IMG/VR virus record: IMGVR_UViG_3300027365_000007
Source of the DNA: a virus
Taxonomy: Duplodnaviria > Caudoviricetes
Strand: one strand, 5' to 3'
Length of the DNA: 64,000 nucleotides
Positions 1-10,485 of this stretch are shown piece by piece; positions within the stretch are counted from its first letter, which is position 1, and the number at the start of each line of letters is the position of its first letter. The position numbers and the translations under genes are program-made. The notes below the pieces were generated by a model. The model saw only the letters and a program-made list of their open reading frames with translations. It searched no databases and was not told where the DNA came from.

Positions 1-3000
1 AATGAATCACTTAAAGGAATGAATATTTGGGACATTGAATTGTTTTGGGAAGAAATCAATGAAGATGTCTTGCGAGACACCGAATACTTTGGATTGATTG
101 ATTGGTACGCTGATGATTATGACCCTCTTACGATTGTTTCCAATTTGGTTAATAAGAGAGTAGATATGCTTACCACTCCATTGAACGATGGTGAGTTTAT
201 AAAAGTAAATGAATCTGAAGGAAGAATGCCTTCTGTATACGAAGGTGGATTTACCATTTATCAATATCACCAAGATATCAATAGTTATGAAAAAGTGGGT
301 CAAGCTAGATCCGAGTTACAATTCAAAGAGGCATTCTACAGTAACGATATCAACGAGAATGACGCTGCAAGGATTCGAGATCTTCTTGGAATAGTATTTA
401 ATGTTTTCCTTAAGAAATCACGCCCTGAATATATTAACAAAATTTTCTATGCTATGGTTCGATACGTTATTAGTGAACAGCCAACAAATGACTGGGTATT
501 CCCAAGCACGTATATTAATATTAACCAAGAAACACGTAGTTTAGTTAAGAAGCGTATATATCAAGACGATAAAGAAGATGAGATCATTGGATATGTAACT
601 GAGGCAAAGCCTTTCCATACAAAATTACGTGAAATTAACAAAATAGCTACTGGTGATATTGAATATAATGGATTCTATGTTACTGACTTTGATAAACCAC
701 CATTTATCACAGATAGTCGGGAAATACTGAACTTACAAGAAGAAGTTATAGATACGATACCCTATAAAAAAGACTTGTATTATAACTTAAGCATTCGAAA
801 TGCTAATCCGGTAGAGTATTGGCCGATGAACGTTAAATACTCACCTTCAACTATAGAAGGTGAGTACGGTGTTAATTTTTACAATCGCGATAGCGACTTT
901 GTTGCGAAGCCTAGTGGTATATGTTTCAACAACGGTTTTGAACTACATGGTCCTTATAGTACCGATCCAATTTCAGTAGAATCCAGTAAGATTACTATGG
1001 AAGCGTGGTTATTTGGTCATGATGTTTCGATATTGAACGGAACAACATCGTTTGATGTGTTGAATATCAATGTGACAAATAGCGATGACGTTAACGACAG
1101 TGTGGTTTATAAGGTCGTGCTGTTGGATAACGCAGGTGTTGCAGAATATCGCGTACAAGCGTTCAGAGGGACTGTACCGTACCTTGATGAAGTAGTGGAA
1201 CTAGAACCAAACGTCATGAATTACTTTGTGTTTGGAATTGATAACTCATCTGTTAATACTAAACTAAATCTATCGATCAATCGTGACGCATATGAAACCT
1301 TTGAATTGGGTAACTTTATAAACGTAAGTTCTTACTATGATGTATCCTTGGATATTGGTAGTAATGATGTACATTACTTTTATGATGAATTTGCTTTGTA
1401 TGACCGCCCACTAGATATAACAACAGTCGAAGACCATTATGATTATGCAAGTGAATATGTTCCACAGCGAGTATTTAAGTTAGAAAACTATCATGATCCA
1501 GCAAGCACTAAAGTTTATATCGAAGGTGTATTGCTGCCTAAAAGTGAATATAACATCACTAATAATGAATTGCGCCTAGATGAAGAACCGCCACGTGCGT
1601 ATAGAAACGTGTCTAATGTTGTAGTGAAGTCTACAAATATCGCGCACGACCGAATCTTATCTGAGTACGATCAAGCACGTGGTTATTATGGTGTTGATAA
1701 GAATAACCTGAATGAATGGATTAGAAACGTAAACCAGAAACGTACACATGTAATGTTTGATCGTGTGAGTGTACTACCAACCCTTCCGTTAGAAGATCTT
1801 GTTGATAGGTACAATGACGTTCTTAGTTCCGAAACACCATTGAAATCTTTTAGTGAACAGTCTTATAAATTTAGAGGATTCAATGGAGTAAAGTTTACTG
1901 AAACTGATAGGATTGTGACTAATTTCTATTTTAGTGATCTAGAGACATTGGTTGATGAATCTTACAGAGAGACTGTAAATGCACCAGTGAAGAAGAACTT
2001 CAACATAGGCGATTCGTACACTGAAGATAATATTTCTGTATTTGTGGATAATTCACTGATTAATCCAAGAGATTATACCACAACAGTCGATAATTCTACA
2101 TCAGAAATAACAGTTTCCTTGCTATTCAATGTTTCGAAAAATAGTGTTTTCATAGTACGTCCAAAGGACAAGTACGAAGACTTAATGTTTAAGATAGCAC
2201 ATCATAAAGGTGTAGGTATTCCTTACAAGAACCTTATTGATATAAAAGAAATTGGATTCAAAGTAAATGAAAATTCATACCCAGTTAAGGTTGATGAGGG
2301 TGGTGAATTAATTCTTGATTCGGATTATACTGAAATGCTTTCGGAAACTGGACATGAGGCAAGTGTGAATGTTCTTTATTCTGAGTTTGATGATGTTACC
2401 GCAGATATTAAAAATTCTGATAAGTTCTTGCGTAATGCCGAAGAAGCAATACCTGAAGAAAAGACTGAACTTGGTATTAAAGAGGCGTTGGTTTTTACAT
2501 TTAAAACCAACCTCGAAATTATCCCAAGTGGTTATGAAACTACATCTGACTTGGATATTTTTGACACAGTGAATTTCACGGCATCTGGTGGTGAAACGGA
2601 ATACCCAATCAACTTAGGTTCTATTCCTAAAGAGCAGGTATTGGTTTTAGTCAATGAAGATGAGTGGGTTATAGAGGGCGAGTACACTAATGGTAAACAC
2701 CACTATAGTTTAGAGCCTGATAGAATTCTATTTAATAAGCAATTGGAATCTGGCGATAAAGTCATTATTACTGATAGATATTCTGCATTTGATCGTTATC
2801 GTGGTTCCCAGATGAATATTCATAAAAACATTCAGTCAGGTGGGTATGATGGTAATATGGTTAAACCGGATTTTATGAATACCAGTGCTGATAGACGTGA
2901 ATTCATTGTATACACACAGGATGGAAAAGTCCATGCCTTTGAGTGTCCTGAAGATCAAGCTATAGAAGTAGGATACCATGTGACTTATTCACAGGATTCG

Positions 3001-3348
3001 ATTGAATTATCTGAGAATGTAAGTCCTAGCATGCAGCTCGCCAATAATGAGCAAGGTAAAATAGCGGTTATCTATGGACAGGAATTTGATGTGAACAATA
3101 ATCTAGTCAGCACACAATGTGAATTTATTCACTATGCCCAAGCAAATGGTAATGTTATAAGTGAAATTAAACGCGGATTATTTGGTAAAAATCCAAAGAA
3201 CTTTGATAGCAATAAATACATTATAAAGGTTTATCCACTAACTATTGATGATAACTTACCTAGCTTTACAATTACAGAGCCATACGTTGGTGTAACAGGA
3301 AAGTCATCATATCCGAAGTACGGACATATCATGAGTGGGAAAGATTAA
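1..3348 (+). CDS. Large virion structural protein, probably a baseplate wedge subunit (5'-truncated by the window edge)
   Basis: The frame is open from base 1 (NESLKG precedes the tracked Met at 19). The EAKPFHTKLRE motif recalls jumbo-myophage baseplate proteins, and it heads a co-oriented structural run. Confidence 0.55.
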   Translation, partial: NESLKGMNIWDIELFWEEINEDVLRDTEYFGLIDWYADDYDPLTIVSNLVNKRVDMLTTPLNDGEFIKVNESEGRMPSVYEGGFTIYQYHQDINSYEKVGQARSELQFKEAFYSNDINENDAARIRDLLGIVFNVFLKKSRPEYINKIFYAMVRYVISEQPTNDWVFPSTYININQETRSLVKKRIYQDDKEDEIIGYVTEAKPFHTKLREINKIATGDIEYNGFYVTDFDKPPFITDSREILNLQEEVIDTIPYKKDLYYNLSIRNANPVEYWPMNVKYSPSTIEGEYGVNFYNRDSDFVAKPSGICFNNGFELHGPYSTDPISVESSKITMEAWLFGHDVSILNGTTSFDVLNINVTNSDDVNDSVVYKVVLLDNAGVAEYRVQAFRGTVPYLDEVVELEPNVMNYFVFGIDNSSVNTKLNLSINRDAYETFELGNFINVSSYYDVSLDIGSNDVHYFYDEFALYDRPLDITTVEDHYDYASEYVPQRVFKLENYHDPASTKVYIEGVLLPKSEYNITNNELRLDEEPPRAYRNVSNVVVKSTNIAHDRILSEYDQARGYYGVDKNNLNEWIRNVNQKRTHVMFDRVSVLPTLPLEDLVDRYNDVLSSETPLKSFSEQSYKFRGFNGVKFTETDRIVTNFYFSDLETLVDESYRETVNAPVKKNFNIGDSYTEDNISVFVDNSLINPRDYTTTVDNSTSEITVSLLFNVSKNSVFIVRPKDKYEDLMFKIAHHKGVGIPYKNLIDIKEIGFKVNENSYPVKVDEGGELILDSDYTEMLSETGHEASVNVLYSEFDDVTADIKNSDKFLRNAEEAIPEEKTELGIKEALVFTFKTNLEIIPSGYETTSDLDIFDTVNFTASGGETEYPINLGSIPKEQVLVLVNEDEWVIEGEYTNGKHHYSLEPDRILFNKQLESGDKVIITDRYSAFDRYRGSQMNIHKNIQSGGYDGNMVKPDFMNTSADRREFIVYTQDGKVHAFECPEDQAIEVGYHVTYSQDSIELSENVSPSMQLANNEQGKIAVIYGQEFDVNNNLVSTQCEFIHYAQANGNVISEIKRGLFGKNPKNFDSNKYIIKVYPLTIDDNLPSFTITEPYVGVTGKSSYPKYGHIMSGKD

Positions 3349-3359
3349 TAGGAGAAAAC

Positions 3360-3968
3360 ATGCAAGACAACGCCGGTATTGGAGTCACAGGTCACTTAAA
3401 AATTAATAGTTGGGAATTGGATGACGATGGAAATCCTTTCGACTTCACCAACCATGTAGATAAATGTAACGCAATACATGATGGTAATATGGTGTATGCT
3501 ATCGCAAAATCTATGATAGGTCAGGATAGCGCCAACACATTTGCTATTGGTTGGATTGCGTTTGGTGATGGAGGGTCAGAGATTGCAGAAACGGGTACTG
3601 TAACATACCGACCTACTAATACACAAAATAACAGAAATGAATTGGCTGATCTTCATCAGCGCGTGTATCAAAAGAAAATTGAAGACGAAGGGTTTAAAAT
3701 GGAAGTTAGCCCTATTGTATATAACAGGGCTATTGCGGATATTAATGCGAATATCATTTTGCAACAAGGTGAACCGTTTGGGCAACTACCTATGGATAAT
3801 GCTGTAGAATTCAGTGATCGTTTTGTATTTGATGAGCTAGGCTTTTTCTCTAACTCAGACAATATAGAAGACTCATATATGTTGACCCATCTCGTTTTTC
3901 ATCCCGTGCAAAAATCGTTAAACCGTGTCTTCGAGATTGACTACACTATTAGATTTGAAATTTTATAA
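3360..3968 (+). CDS. Conserved virion/baseplate structural protein
   Basis: GGAG RBS upstream. FDELGFF and THLVFHPVQKSLNRVFEIDYTI motifs resemble jumbo-phage structural proteins; structural operon context. Confidence 0.5.
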   Translation: MQDNAGIGVTGHLKINSWELDDDGNPFDFTNHVDKCNAIHDGNMVYAIAKSMIGQDSANTFAIGWIAFGDGGSEIAETGTVTYRPTNTQNNRNELADLHQRVYQKKIEDEGFKMEVSPIVYNRAIADINANIILQQGEPFGQLPMDNAVEFSDRFVFDELGFFSNSDNIEDSYMLTHLVFHPVQKSLNRVFEIDYTIRFEIL

Positions 3969-3980
3969 GGGCTTTGAATA

Positions 3981-5447
3981 ATGAGCTATCGAGTTGATAG
4001 AACTGACGAATCAAACACACCAATAAACGTAGAAATGTCAGTAACAAAACGACAGTTAGGTCTTACATGGGTAGGGCAATATTTCTCACGTTATGGCGAA
4101 GTACAAAGTGAAAACTTTTTACGATTATTGGAGAACTTTGCAAGTGATGTGGAACCTAACACATATGATGATGAGGGTCTTGCACTCAATAATGTAAAAG
4201 GTCAACTATGGTATCATACCGATGACGTAGATAATAATCTACGTCGGACGTTGAAGATATATAACGACAACCGTAGCATAGGTACTGGTGGTTGGAAGCG
4301 TTTAGAGCCGATTATTAATAACAATCAGCCAAGTACACATGCTGAAGGTGAGATTTGGTATAAGCCTTCGGACAATAGTTTTAAAATTTCAAGAGGTAAC
4401 CGATGGGAAGAAGTATCGGTACTAATGGCACATGATTCTGAACTACTGGGCGGAAATACACCAGATCAATACATTAGAAGCGACGTTAACGATACGGTAT
4501 ATGGTGTTCTAAGAACAAATGAGCTAAAACCAGATCGTCATAATGAATATGATTTAGGTAAAGGTAATCTGAGATGGGAAACAATATATGGTAATACGTT
4601 AGATGTGAATTCCTCACATACTATATTACCTGAGTTTACAGATAGCTACGATCTAGGCGCGTCCAGTCGTCGTTGGAGAGGTGGCTATTTCTCTCTTATG
4701 GACTCTATCAACTATACCAATATATCCCCGTTAACAACAAATCAGTATTCACTAGGCAATGTGTCTAAATGGTGGAATGACTCTTACATCAGGACAATGC
4801 ATGTTGACAACGTTAGTACCTTTAAGCCAATAGATGCTAATTCTTCTATTGGTACACCAAGTGTACGCTGGGGATATACCTACTTTAATGTTCTTGATAC
4901 TAATTCAACAAAAAGCTTAGTACCTCTGAGTAACGTCCAATATTCAATAGGTTCAAGCACTAAAAAATGGTCTGAAATTTACGTTGATGTCATTCGTCAA
5001 GCGAAAACAGAAGGACTACAGCCACGGCTTAATAATACCTATGATTTGGGTACTAATGCCAATAAATATCGCTCATTGTATGTTAATTCAATTAAAAATG
5101 ACTTAACTATGTCAGGTGACATACAGTTCTCTATCGTTCAAAACGATGTATCTAAGGGCATTAGTTGGTCCGGGTTGTCTGATGAATATTCCATATATGT
5201 CGAAGAAGTAGATAATATTAACACAACGCGCCTCACCTTCGATATGCAGTCTACCAACGCAGACGATTATATTCTGTTTAAAGGATATAACGGTGATATT
5301 GCCCGGATTAAAAATGATGAATTAGAAGTTGTCGGCGGTGTATTAAAAACAAAAGGAAGTTTAAAAGTCGAAGATGAAACCACAACGAAAGGATGTGAGA
5401 TGGTTTATAATGATACAAATGAGACATTAGACTTCATATTTTATTAA
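3981..5447 (+). CDS. Tail fibre / baseplate-attached fibre protein with tandem YDLG..W repeats
   Basis: N-terminal YGEVQSENFLRLLENFA attachment-type motif, then six ~33-35 aa repeats. Confidence 0.6.
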   Translation: MSYRVDRTDESNTPINVEMSVTKRQLGLTWVGQYFSRYGEVQSENFLRLLENFASDVEPNTYDDEGLALNNVKGQLWYHTDDVDNNLRRTLKIYNDNRSIGTGGWKRLEPIINNNQPSTHAEGEIWYKPSDNSFKISRGNRWEEVSVLMAHDSELLGGNTPDQYIRSDVNDTVYGVLRTNELKPDRHNEYDLGKGNLRWETIYGNTLDVNSSHTILPEFTDSYDLGASSRRWRGGYFSLMDSINYTNISPLTTNQYSLGNVSKWWNDSYIRTMHVDNVSTFKPIDANSSIGTPSVRWGYTYFNVLDTNSTKSLVPLSNVQYSIGSSTKKWSEIYVDVIRQAKTEGLQPRLNNTYDLGTNANKYRSLYVNSIKNDLTMSGDIQFSIVQNDVSKGISWSGLSDEYSIYVEEVDNINTTRLTFDMQSTNADDYILFKGYNGDIARIKNDELEVVGGVLKTKGSLKVEDETTTKGCEMVYNDTNETLDFIFY

Positions 5448-5459
5448 TAGAGACCTTAT

Positions 5460-7028
5460 ATGCAGATAAAAAGACTAAGTGGAATCAACGGCAATCTCTT
5501 AACAAATAATACCCTACAATTTATAAACTTAAAGGGTTCTAACTCAGATACGTCTGGTTATGGACAGATGTTTATAAATGAAACGCAAGTTCCTTCAGTA
5601 AATGCCAATACCGGCCTATTTGTTGTTGTGATGGACGAATATCTCAATATTGAAGAAACACGTCGTTTTATACTTACTAACACAGCCGCAACTGGAAGGC
5701 GAGATGTTGATTTTATTAATTACATGGGTACCTTACCGCCAAGACGATATTTTGCAATGATTAGCAACAACCAGATAGCGCATACCCCGATACTGGATGA
5801 TTTTTTAAATAATATACTTCAAAGCTCAGTATGGGAAGATATGTGGGAATATTACAACACTGGTTATAGTTCCCCACAAACTCTGGGGAAAATATCATAT
5901 GTTGCATTTGGAACTACTGATTTAAACATTACTCATGAAAGCTATGCAGTGGGAGATAATGATGCAGGAATTACCGTTAATATTGATGGATATGATGTGT
6001 TCATGAACACTGGTTATGGAAAGCCACTATACACATTAGATAAACAAAGTTATGGTTCGGTTACTACCACGTATACGCTTCAAGCTTCGGATATACATAG
6101 CGGTGGAATTTATGTATCTTCTCGTTATAAAAATAATATTCAAGCGAGTGATATACAGATTGAAAAGGAATTAACAGACGGCACAATTACTACGTACAAT
6201 GTTGCTCAAGACGAAACAAATATCTATAGAACAGATTGGGTACGAATAGTAAATGAACCAGATGTTCTTGAATACCGCATTAAGTTAACAAATGTTGATT
6301 TATTGTTCTTGGATATACATCGATGTAATCCTAATGATACTATTAACAACACTCCTTCTATTTCAAAACGCGGAAATGGTATGTCCATATCTTCTATAGA
6401 ATTCTCAATGAATGGATATAATTTTGAAAAAGTGGAACATTTGAGTAATTTCGCATCAATTGGTAACATTTACGATTGTCCTAATACAACAGTTGTGAAT
6501 AACGTTCAGATGGATTCGTTTTCACTCAATGGTTCGTCTGAAAGTAATTTTATAGAGGTAAATCATCGAAGAGATTATTTTCTTTCTTTTTTTGGAAGAA
6601 ACAATACGATTGATGATACTGAAATTAATATTGCGGTAAAGTCATATGACTCTGACTATAACCTAGTCGATAGTATATCGTTAGTAAGTCTGAACCCATC
6701 TGAAGCCCATAATATGGGAACTATTACAAATTCAACGCAGGATCTATTCTATCAGGAATTTTATGTATTATCATCAGATCAATCAATAAACGATGCAGAC
6801 GACACATTATTTCTAGCTGATGATGTATACGGTAGTAATCAATACGGCGGGTGGTCTTCTGAGTCAACTGTTGTGTCAGATATCATAGTCATGAATAATA
6901 ATGTGAAATATATTACCATGCAACTAGTCTCTGATAATGATGTTGAAATTATTAATCCAATTTGTGATATAGTCAAATTTGCATTATCAAAAGACTCTGT
7001 GTATATTGGAAATGTTAACGAGTCTTAG
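5460..7028 (+). CDS. Putative tail-fibre-associated/receptor-binding protein with an ILEI/PANDER-like N-terminal domain
   Basis: GLFVVVMDEYLNIEETRRF...FINYMGTLP...ISYVAFG resembles the ILEI fold. Beta-rich, and directly follows the fibre gene. Confidence 0.4.
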   Translation: MQIKRLSGINGNLLTNNTLQFINLKGSNSDTSGYGQMFINETQVPSVNANTGLFVVVMDEYLNIEETRRFILTNTAATGRRDVDFINYMGTLPPRRYFAMISNNQIAHTPILDDFLNNILQSSVWEDMWEYYNTGYSSPQTLGKISYVAFGTTDLNITHESYAVGDNDAGITVNIDGYDVFMNTGYGKPLYTLDKQSYGSVTTTYTLQASDIHSGGIYVSSRYKNNIQASDIQIEKELTDGTITTYNVAQDETNIYRTDWVRIVNEPDVLEYRIKLTNVDLLFLDIHRCNPNDTINNTPSISKRGNGMSISSIEFSMNGYNFEKVEHLSNFASIGNIYDCPNTTVVNNVQMDSFSLNGSSESNFIEVNHRRDYFLSFFGRNNTIDDTEINIAVKSYDSDYNLVDSISLVSLNPSEAHNMGTITNSTQDLFYQEFYVLSSDQSINDADDTLFLADDVYGSNQYGGWSSESTVVSDIIVMNNNVKYITMQLVSDNDVEIINPICDIVKFALSKDSVYIGNVNES

Positions 7029-7498
7029 TATAGACTCGTTATTGTGTTGAATATGTTTTCAGCTTGTGAGAGAAGAGATTGTTGTTCTGATTCGGTCAGT
7101 GTAGCGTAGTTACTATCCAATTGCAGTGCAATTGCTTCAAGGGTCTCTAGACTCGCTGTTTCAGGAACGGCCACGTAACCATCAGGTAATACTAAACCAT
7201 CTTTATAAGTATTCACATACTGTATAATGCCGTTAAATTCAGCAGGCGTCGATGCATGATCAAGTATGTCAGAAAAGCTTCGATCCCAATAACTGGTGTA
7301 ATTAATGTAGTTGGATGCCTCTGAAATATCTTCGAAGATAGTGAATGAATCTTTACGTTTAAGGTATAGGGCATTCTCCCCCCAATCCCCTTTGCCTTTG
7401 GCAAACTCTTGTATATCTTGTTCAGGTACATCAGAGCTTATGTTAACTTCCTGCTTGGGTAACTGCACGGTCCAAACATCATTGATAAATTTTTTCAT
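7025..7498 (-). CDS. Hypothetical protein
   Basis: 157-aa ORF at the end of a tightly packed minus-strand operon; AAAGGT upstream. Confidence 0.6.
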   Translation of the reverse strand: MKKFINDVWTVQLPKQEVNISSDVPEQDIQEFAKGKGDWGENALYLKRKDSFTIFEDISEASNYINYTSYWDRSFSDILDHASTPAEFNGIIQYVNTYKDGLVLPDGYVAVPETASLETLEAIALQLDSNYATLTESEQQSLLSQAENIFNTITSLY

Positions 7499-7505
7499 AT
7501 ACTTT

Positions 7506-7796
7506 TTACCTTTGATCTAAAAACAACATAAGCTTGCGTCTTATATCGTTTAAGCCAATGTCAGAAAACCATTCACCCTCAACACGATTTTCACTAAAAC
7601 AGTTGTGTAAATATTTTTCAGCTTTGTTAGCTTCTATACGTTCTTCAGCCCATTCGACATGTATCTTATCAGGGTTGCCGGTCTGTAATGATTTGATTCG
7701 CTTTTCTAGATTATTACTTTTACAAACACCAATCTTATGGTACTTTTTGTCTTGACAGCTAAGTACGTAAAGTACGTTATATGTAAATTCTCTCAA
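7506..7796 (-). CDS. T5orf172/MUG113-like (GIY-YIG-related) small nuclease-domain protein
   Basis: YVL..YHKIGV..LEKRIKSLQTGNP..E..LH..F...RVEGEWF pattern; TTG start overlaps the upstream stop. Confidence 0.8.
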   Translation of the reverse strand: MREFTYNVLYVLSCQDKKYHKIGVCKSNNLEKRIKSLQTGNPDKIHVEWAEERIEANKAEKYLHNCFSENRVEGEWFSDIGLNDIRRKLMLFLDQR

Positions 7797-8593
7797 AACC
7801 TTTCTCCGTTGTTATACCTATTTATCACGCTTGAAAATAGTTCTATTGGAGTCTTACCTGATTTTGAAATAATTTTCTTTTTATTAAGCAATAGATAACT
7901 CTTAGACATTGCCATTATTTCATTGTTTGATTTTGAAAGAGTATCAGGAAGCTCTTTCATGCCTTTAGCAACCTTATACGTAGTCAATAATGATTTTAGT
8001 TCTGAGACGATTTCGTTAAATATCTCATTTGTGAGGATATTGGCATTATCCTTCTCCATGCCTTTTTTAATAAATGCTGTGGTAAGATCCTGCGCAATAT
8101 GTTCAATATCCTTCTCATTGCTTTCTAAAACATCGAAAACAGCTTCGGCTACCATCTGTTCATCGTAATCAGTGCTTATCTTATGCATTACAATGTCTAT
8201 TATTTCCTTTCGCCACGTCATATACCAGTCGTATATTTCTTCTGAGTAGCACATACGTAACGGTCCAGTAGGTAATAGAATAAATGGTGCACCATATGAT
8301 GATGAACCATTAAGAGTTGTATAGATCGAATCTTTCCTGAAGTTAATACCAAATTCACTATTAAAATAATCGTCCAGATAATTACCAAAGTAGTTATGTG
8401 CGCCTTCTTGTGGTGATTTATGATCTTCGGTAACTACAATGAAGTCTGTATCTATAGAATTGCTGTTATGATGCAATACCTTGTTAGAAGAGATACATTC
8501 TTCCATATATGTGATCATATCTGGGTACTTTTCCATATGAAAAAGTAAAATGTCTATAAAATTCGATGGTTGGTAGATCTCGCTTATTTTCAT
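7793..8593 (-). CDS. Hypothetical protein, possible internal head protein
   Basis: 266-aa ORF with an MKISEI N-terminus, in a late operon. Confidence 0.5.
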   Translation of the reverse strand: MKISEIYQPSNFIDILLFHMEKYPDMITYMEECISSNKVLHHNSNSIDTDFIVVTEDHKSPQEGAHNYFGNYLDDYFNSEFGINFRKDSIYTTLNGSSSYGAPFILLPTGPLRMCYSEEIYDWYMTWRKEIIDIVMHKISTDYDEQMVAEAVFDVLESNEKDIEHIAQDLTTAFIKKGMEKDNANILTNEIFNEIVSELKSLLTTYKVAKGMKELPDTLSKSNNEIMAMSKSYLLLNKKKIISKSGKTPIELFSSVINRYNNGERF

Positions 8594-9384
8594 TTTTTAT
8601 TATTTTTGTATTTTCTTAATAGATTCAATGTATAGTATTTCATGCTATGTGATTTAGCAGCAGTGAATAATTTATAAAAGATTGCAATTTTAGTGAGATA
8701 TAAGAATGGAAGTATAATACCTTTTCTATCTTTATGATCGTCACTTACATTGCCACGCTTTAATAATAGTTCTTTACCATAAGCGTCGTCGTATAAAAGA
8801 GATGGGAATTGTGGTATCAGATCTCCATCCATACGATATTTATAGATCGTAGTTTTCTCACAACCATCGTAAAATTTAGATTTGGCAAGACATGGGGCAC
8901 CAAAAGTTATAACGGTAGATGTATACCCTGATTCGCAACCCACGTATTTAGCAAGTACACCACCTAGTGAGTGTCCTGTTAGGATGATCTCATATCCTTT
9001 GGTATGTGCATGCTTAAGATCTTTTTTCATGGATTTATGAATGTCACTACCTGCACGTAAATACCCACTATGTCCTTTGGTGGATTTGACACTTTTAGGC
9101 CATAATCTTAAGCTTATGATTAAATCCATCCATTCATCTTTGAAACGCTTAATATCAGTACCACGTACTACAAAAAAAGCTTTCATATTCGTTTCATCAA
9201 ACGCCACATAATATTGAAGTGTGTCGAACGAAGATGATTTGAAGTAACTCATATCGAAGCGTTCAGAAAGCCATTTTTGCTGAGTGTCATTAGATTGGTA
9301 TGAAATCGTACATAAGTAACTGCATAGAAGAGCTACATCATCTATATTATTGTGATCTAAGTTATTAATGTCTTGACGATTCAT
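8590..9384 (-). CDS. Class 3 lipase (alpha/beta hydrolase)
   Basis: FVVRGTD, GHSGY, nucleophile elbow LTGHSLGG, TFGAP, DLIPQFP (Asp) and HSMKYY (His). Confidence 0.88.
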   Translation of the reverse strand: MNRQDINNLDHNNIDDVALLCSYLCTISYQSNDTQQKWLSERFDMSYFKSSSFDTLQYYVAFDETNMKAFFVVRGTDIKRFKDEWMDLIISLRLWPKSVKSTKGHSGYLRAGSDIHKSMKKDLKHAHTKGYEIILTGHSLGGVLAKYVGCESGYTSTVITFGAPCLAKSKFYDGCEKTTIYKYRMDGDLIPQFPSLLYDDAYGKELLLKRGNVSDDHKDRKGIILPFLYLTKIAIFYKLFTAAKSHSMKYYTLNLLRKYKNNKK

Positions 9385-9385
9385 T

Positions 9386-10417
9386 TTAATCCTCCATTGG
9401 ACACTGCTTGTTTAAATAACGAGTCAGTGATGACTTAGATGAATGTATTGCATAGCGGTTAGGAGCCATTTCAGGCACAGATCCTATAGAACCATGACCA
9501 CACATACCGCCTAGTAGATAAACACCTGTAGAAACGCTGTCGGAGCCACTTAATGACTTGATATTTTTCTTTTTCATGGTGTCATAGCCTTTATACACGG
9601 CACTGTCTCTAAACCAGTTGTCTTTTTTAAATTTACAAGACATTCCACGATCTTTAAGCTTTTTATTAAGTTCGCGCAATGATTTATTTGCGCTTGATTT
9701 TAGCTTTTGTCTAGCTTGTGCTTGACTTTTAGCATTAGTCACTAGTACGTTTTTGAAATTTTTATGAGGTACCTTATCTGATTTGTTATTATCATAGATT
9801 GATAACTCAACAATCATATAATATTGGTCAGGTTCCATTTTACGCCCTTCGTTCAGTCCCTCTAATTCATAGTTTGCCTCAAGCATCTCAAGAACCGCTT
9901 CAGTTGCAGTTTTTTCGATTTTCGCATTACGGTCGTAGAAGGAATCTATTTGTCTTTCAACAACATCGTTCATATCCAAGACTTCACGAATTAAAGGAGC
10001 CCCTTTATATTCACTGTGCATTTCCAATACACGATCCAAAGATTTCTTGAAGAATTGGTAGTTTGACTTCAATTTATCATTAGTCTCAATAACCGATTTC
10101 TTAAATCGAGCAAGTTCTTTTACAGTTTCTTCAGGACTCGAATGTAAAAGCTTTCCTATACCCATAAGAGAAGGACGGTCTGGGTCAGATTTTCTAGCCG
10201 CATTATCAAAAGCGAGAATGGTTCTTATTACGGGAATTATGTGGTAATACTTATCAATAAAATCTTTTATTTCTTTTTCAACTGCAAGTTTTGGGCGGTT
10301 GTTTTGAATACGTTCGTTAATGTATTTTGCTTCATTAACCATCTTCCCGTATAGATTTTCAATACTTTCGTCAAGAATGTATTTTTCTTTTTGTTGGTTA
10401 ATCTGGTGTAAACGCAT
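9386..10417 (-). CDS. Hypothetical protein, possible internal head protein (start revised to MRLHQI)
   Basis: AAGGA RBS lies 7 nt before the ATG at 10417; minus-strand TATAAATA upstream. Confidence 0.55.
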   Translation of the reverse strand: MRLHQINQQKEKYILDESIENLYGKMVNEAKYINERIQNNRPKLAVEKEIKDFIDKYYHIIPVIRTILAFDNAARKSDPDRPSLMGIGKLLHSSPEETVKELARFKKSVIETNDKLKSNYQFFKKSLDRVLEMHSEYKGAPLIREVLDMNDVVERQIDSFYDRNAKIEKTATEAVLEMLEANYELEGLNEGRKMEPDQYYMIVELSIYDNNKSDKVPHKNFKNVLVTNAKSQAQARQKLKSSANKSLRELNKKLKDRGMSCKFKKDNWFRDSAVYKGYDTMKKKNIKSLSGSDSVSTGVYLLGGMCGHGSIGSVPEMAPNRYAIHSSKSSLTRYLNKQCPMED

Positions 10418-10453
10418 ATAGTTATCCTTCATGTTTTGTATTATAAAATTAGT

Positions 10454-10469
10454 TATAAATATATTTATA
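10454..10469. promoter_or_regulatory. Divergent T4-type late promoters forming the palindrome TATAAATATATTTATA
   Basis: TATAAATA at 10454-10461 (+) and 10469-10462 (-), between divergently oriented genes. Confidence 0.65.
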
Positions 10470-10485
10470 TTACAAGCATAAATGA

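Noticed and set aside
7793-8593. Possible ADP-ribosyltransferase-like fold (RKDSIYTT..SYG)
   Set aside because: The resemblance is too weak without a profile search; left as hypothetical.
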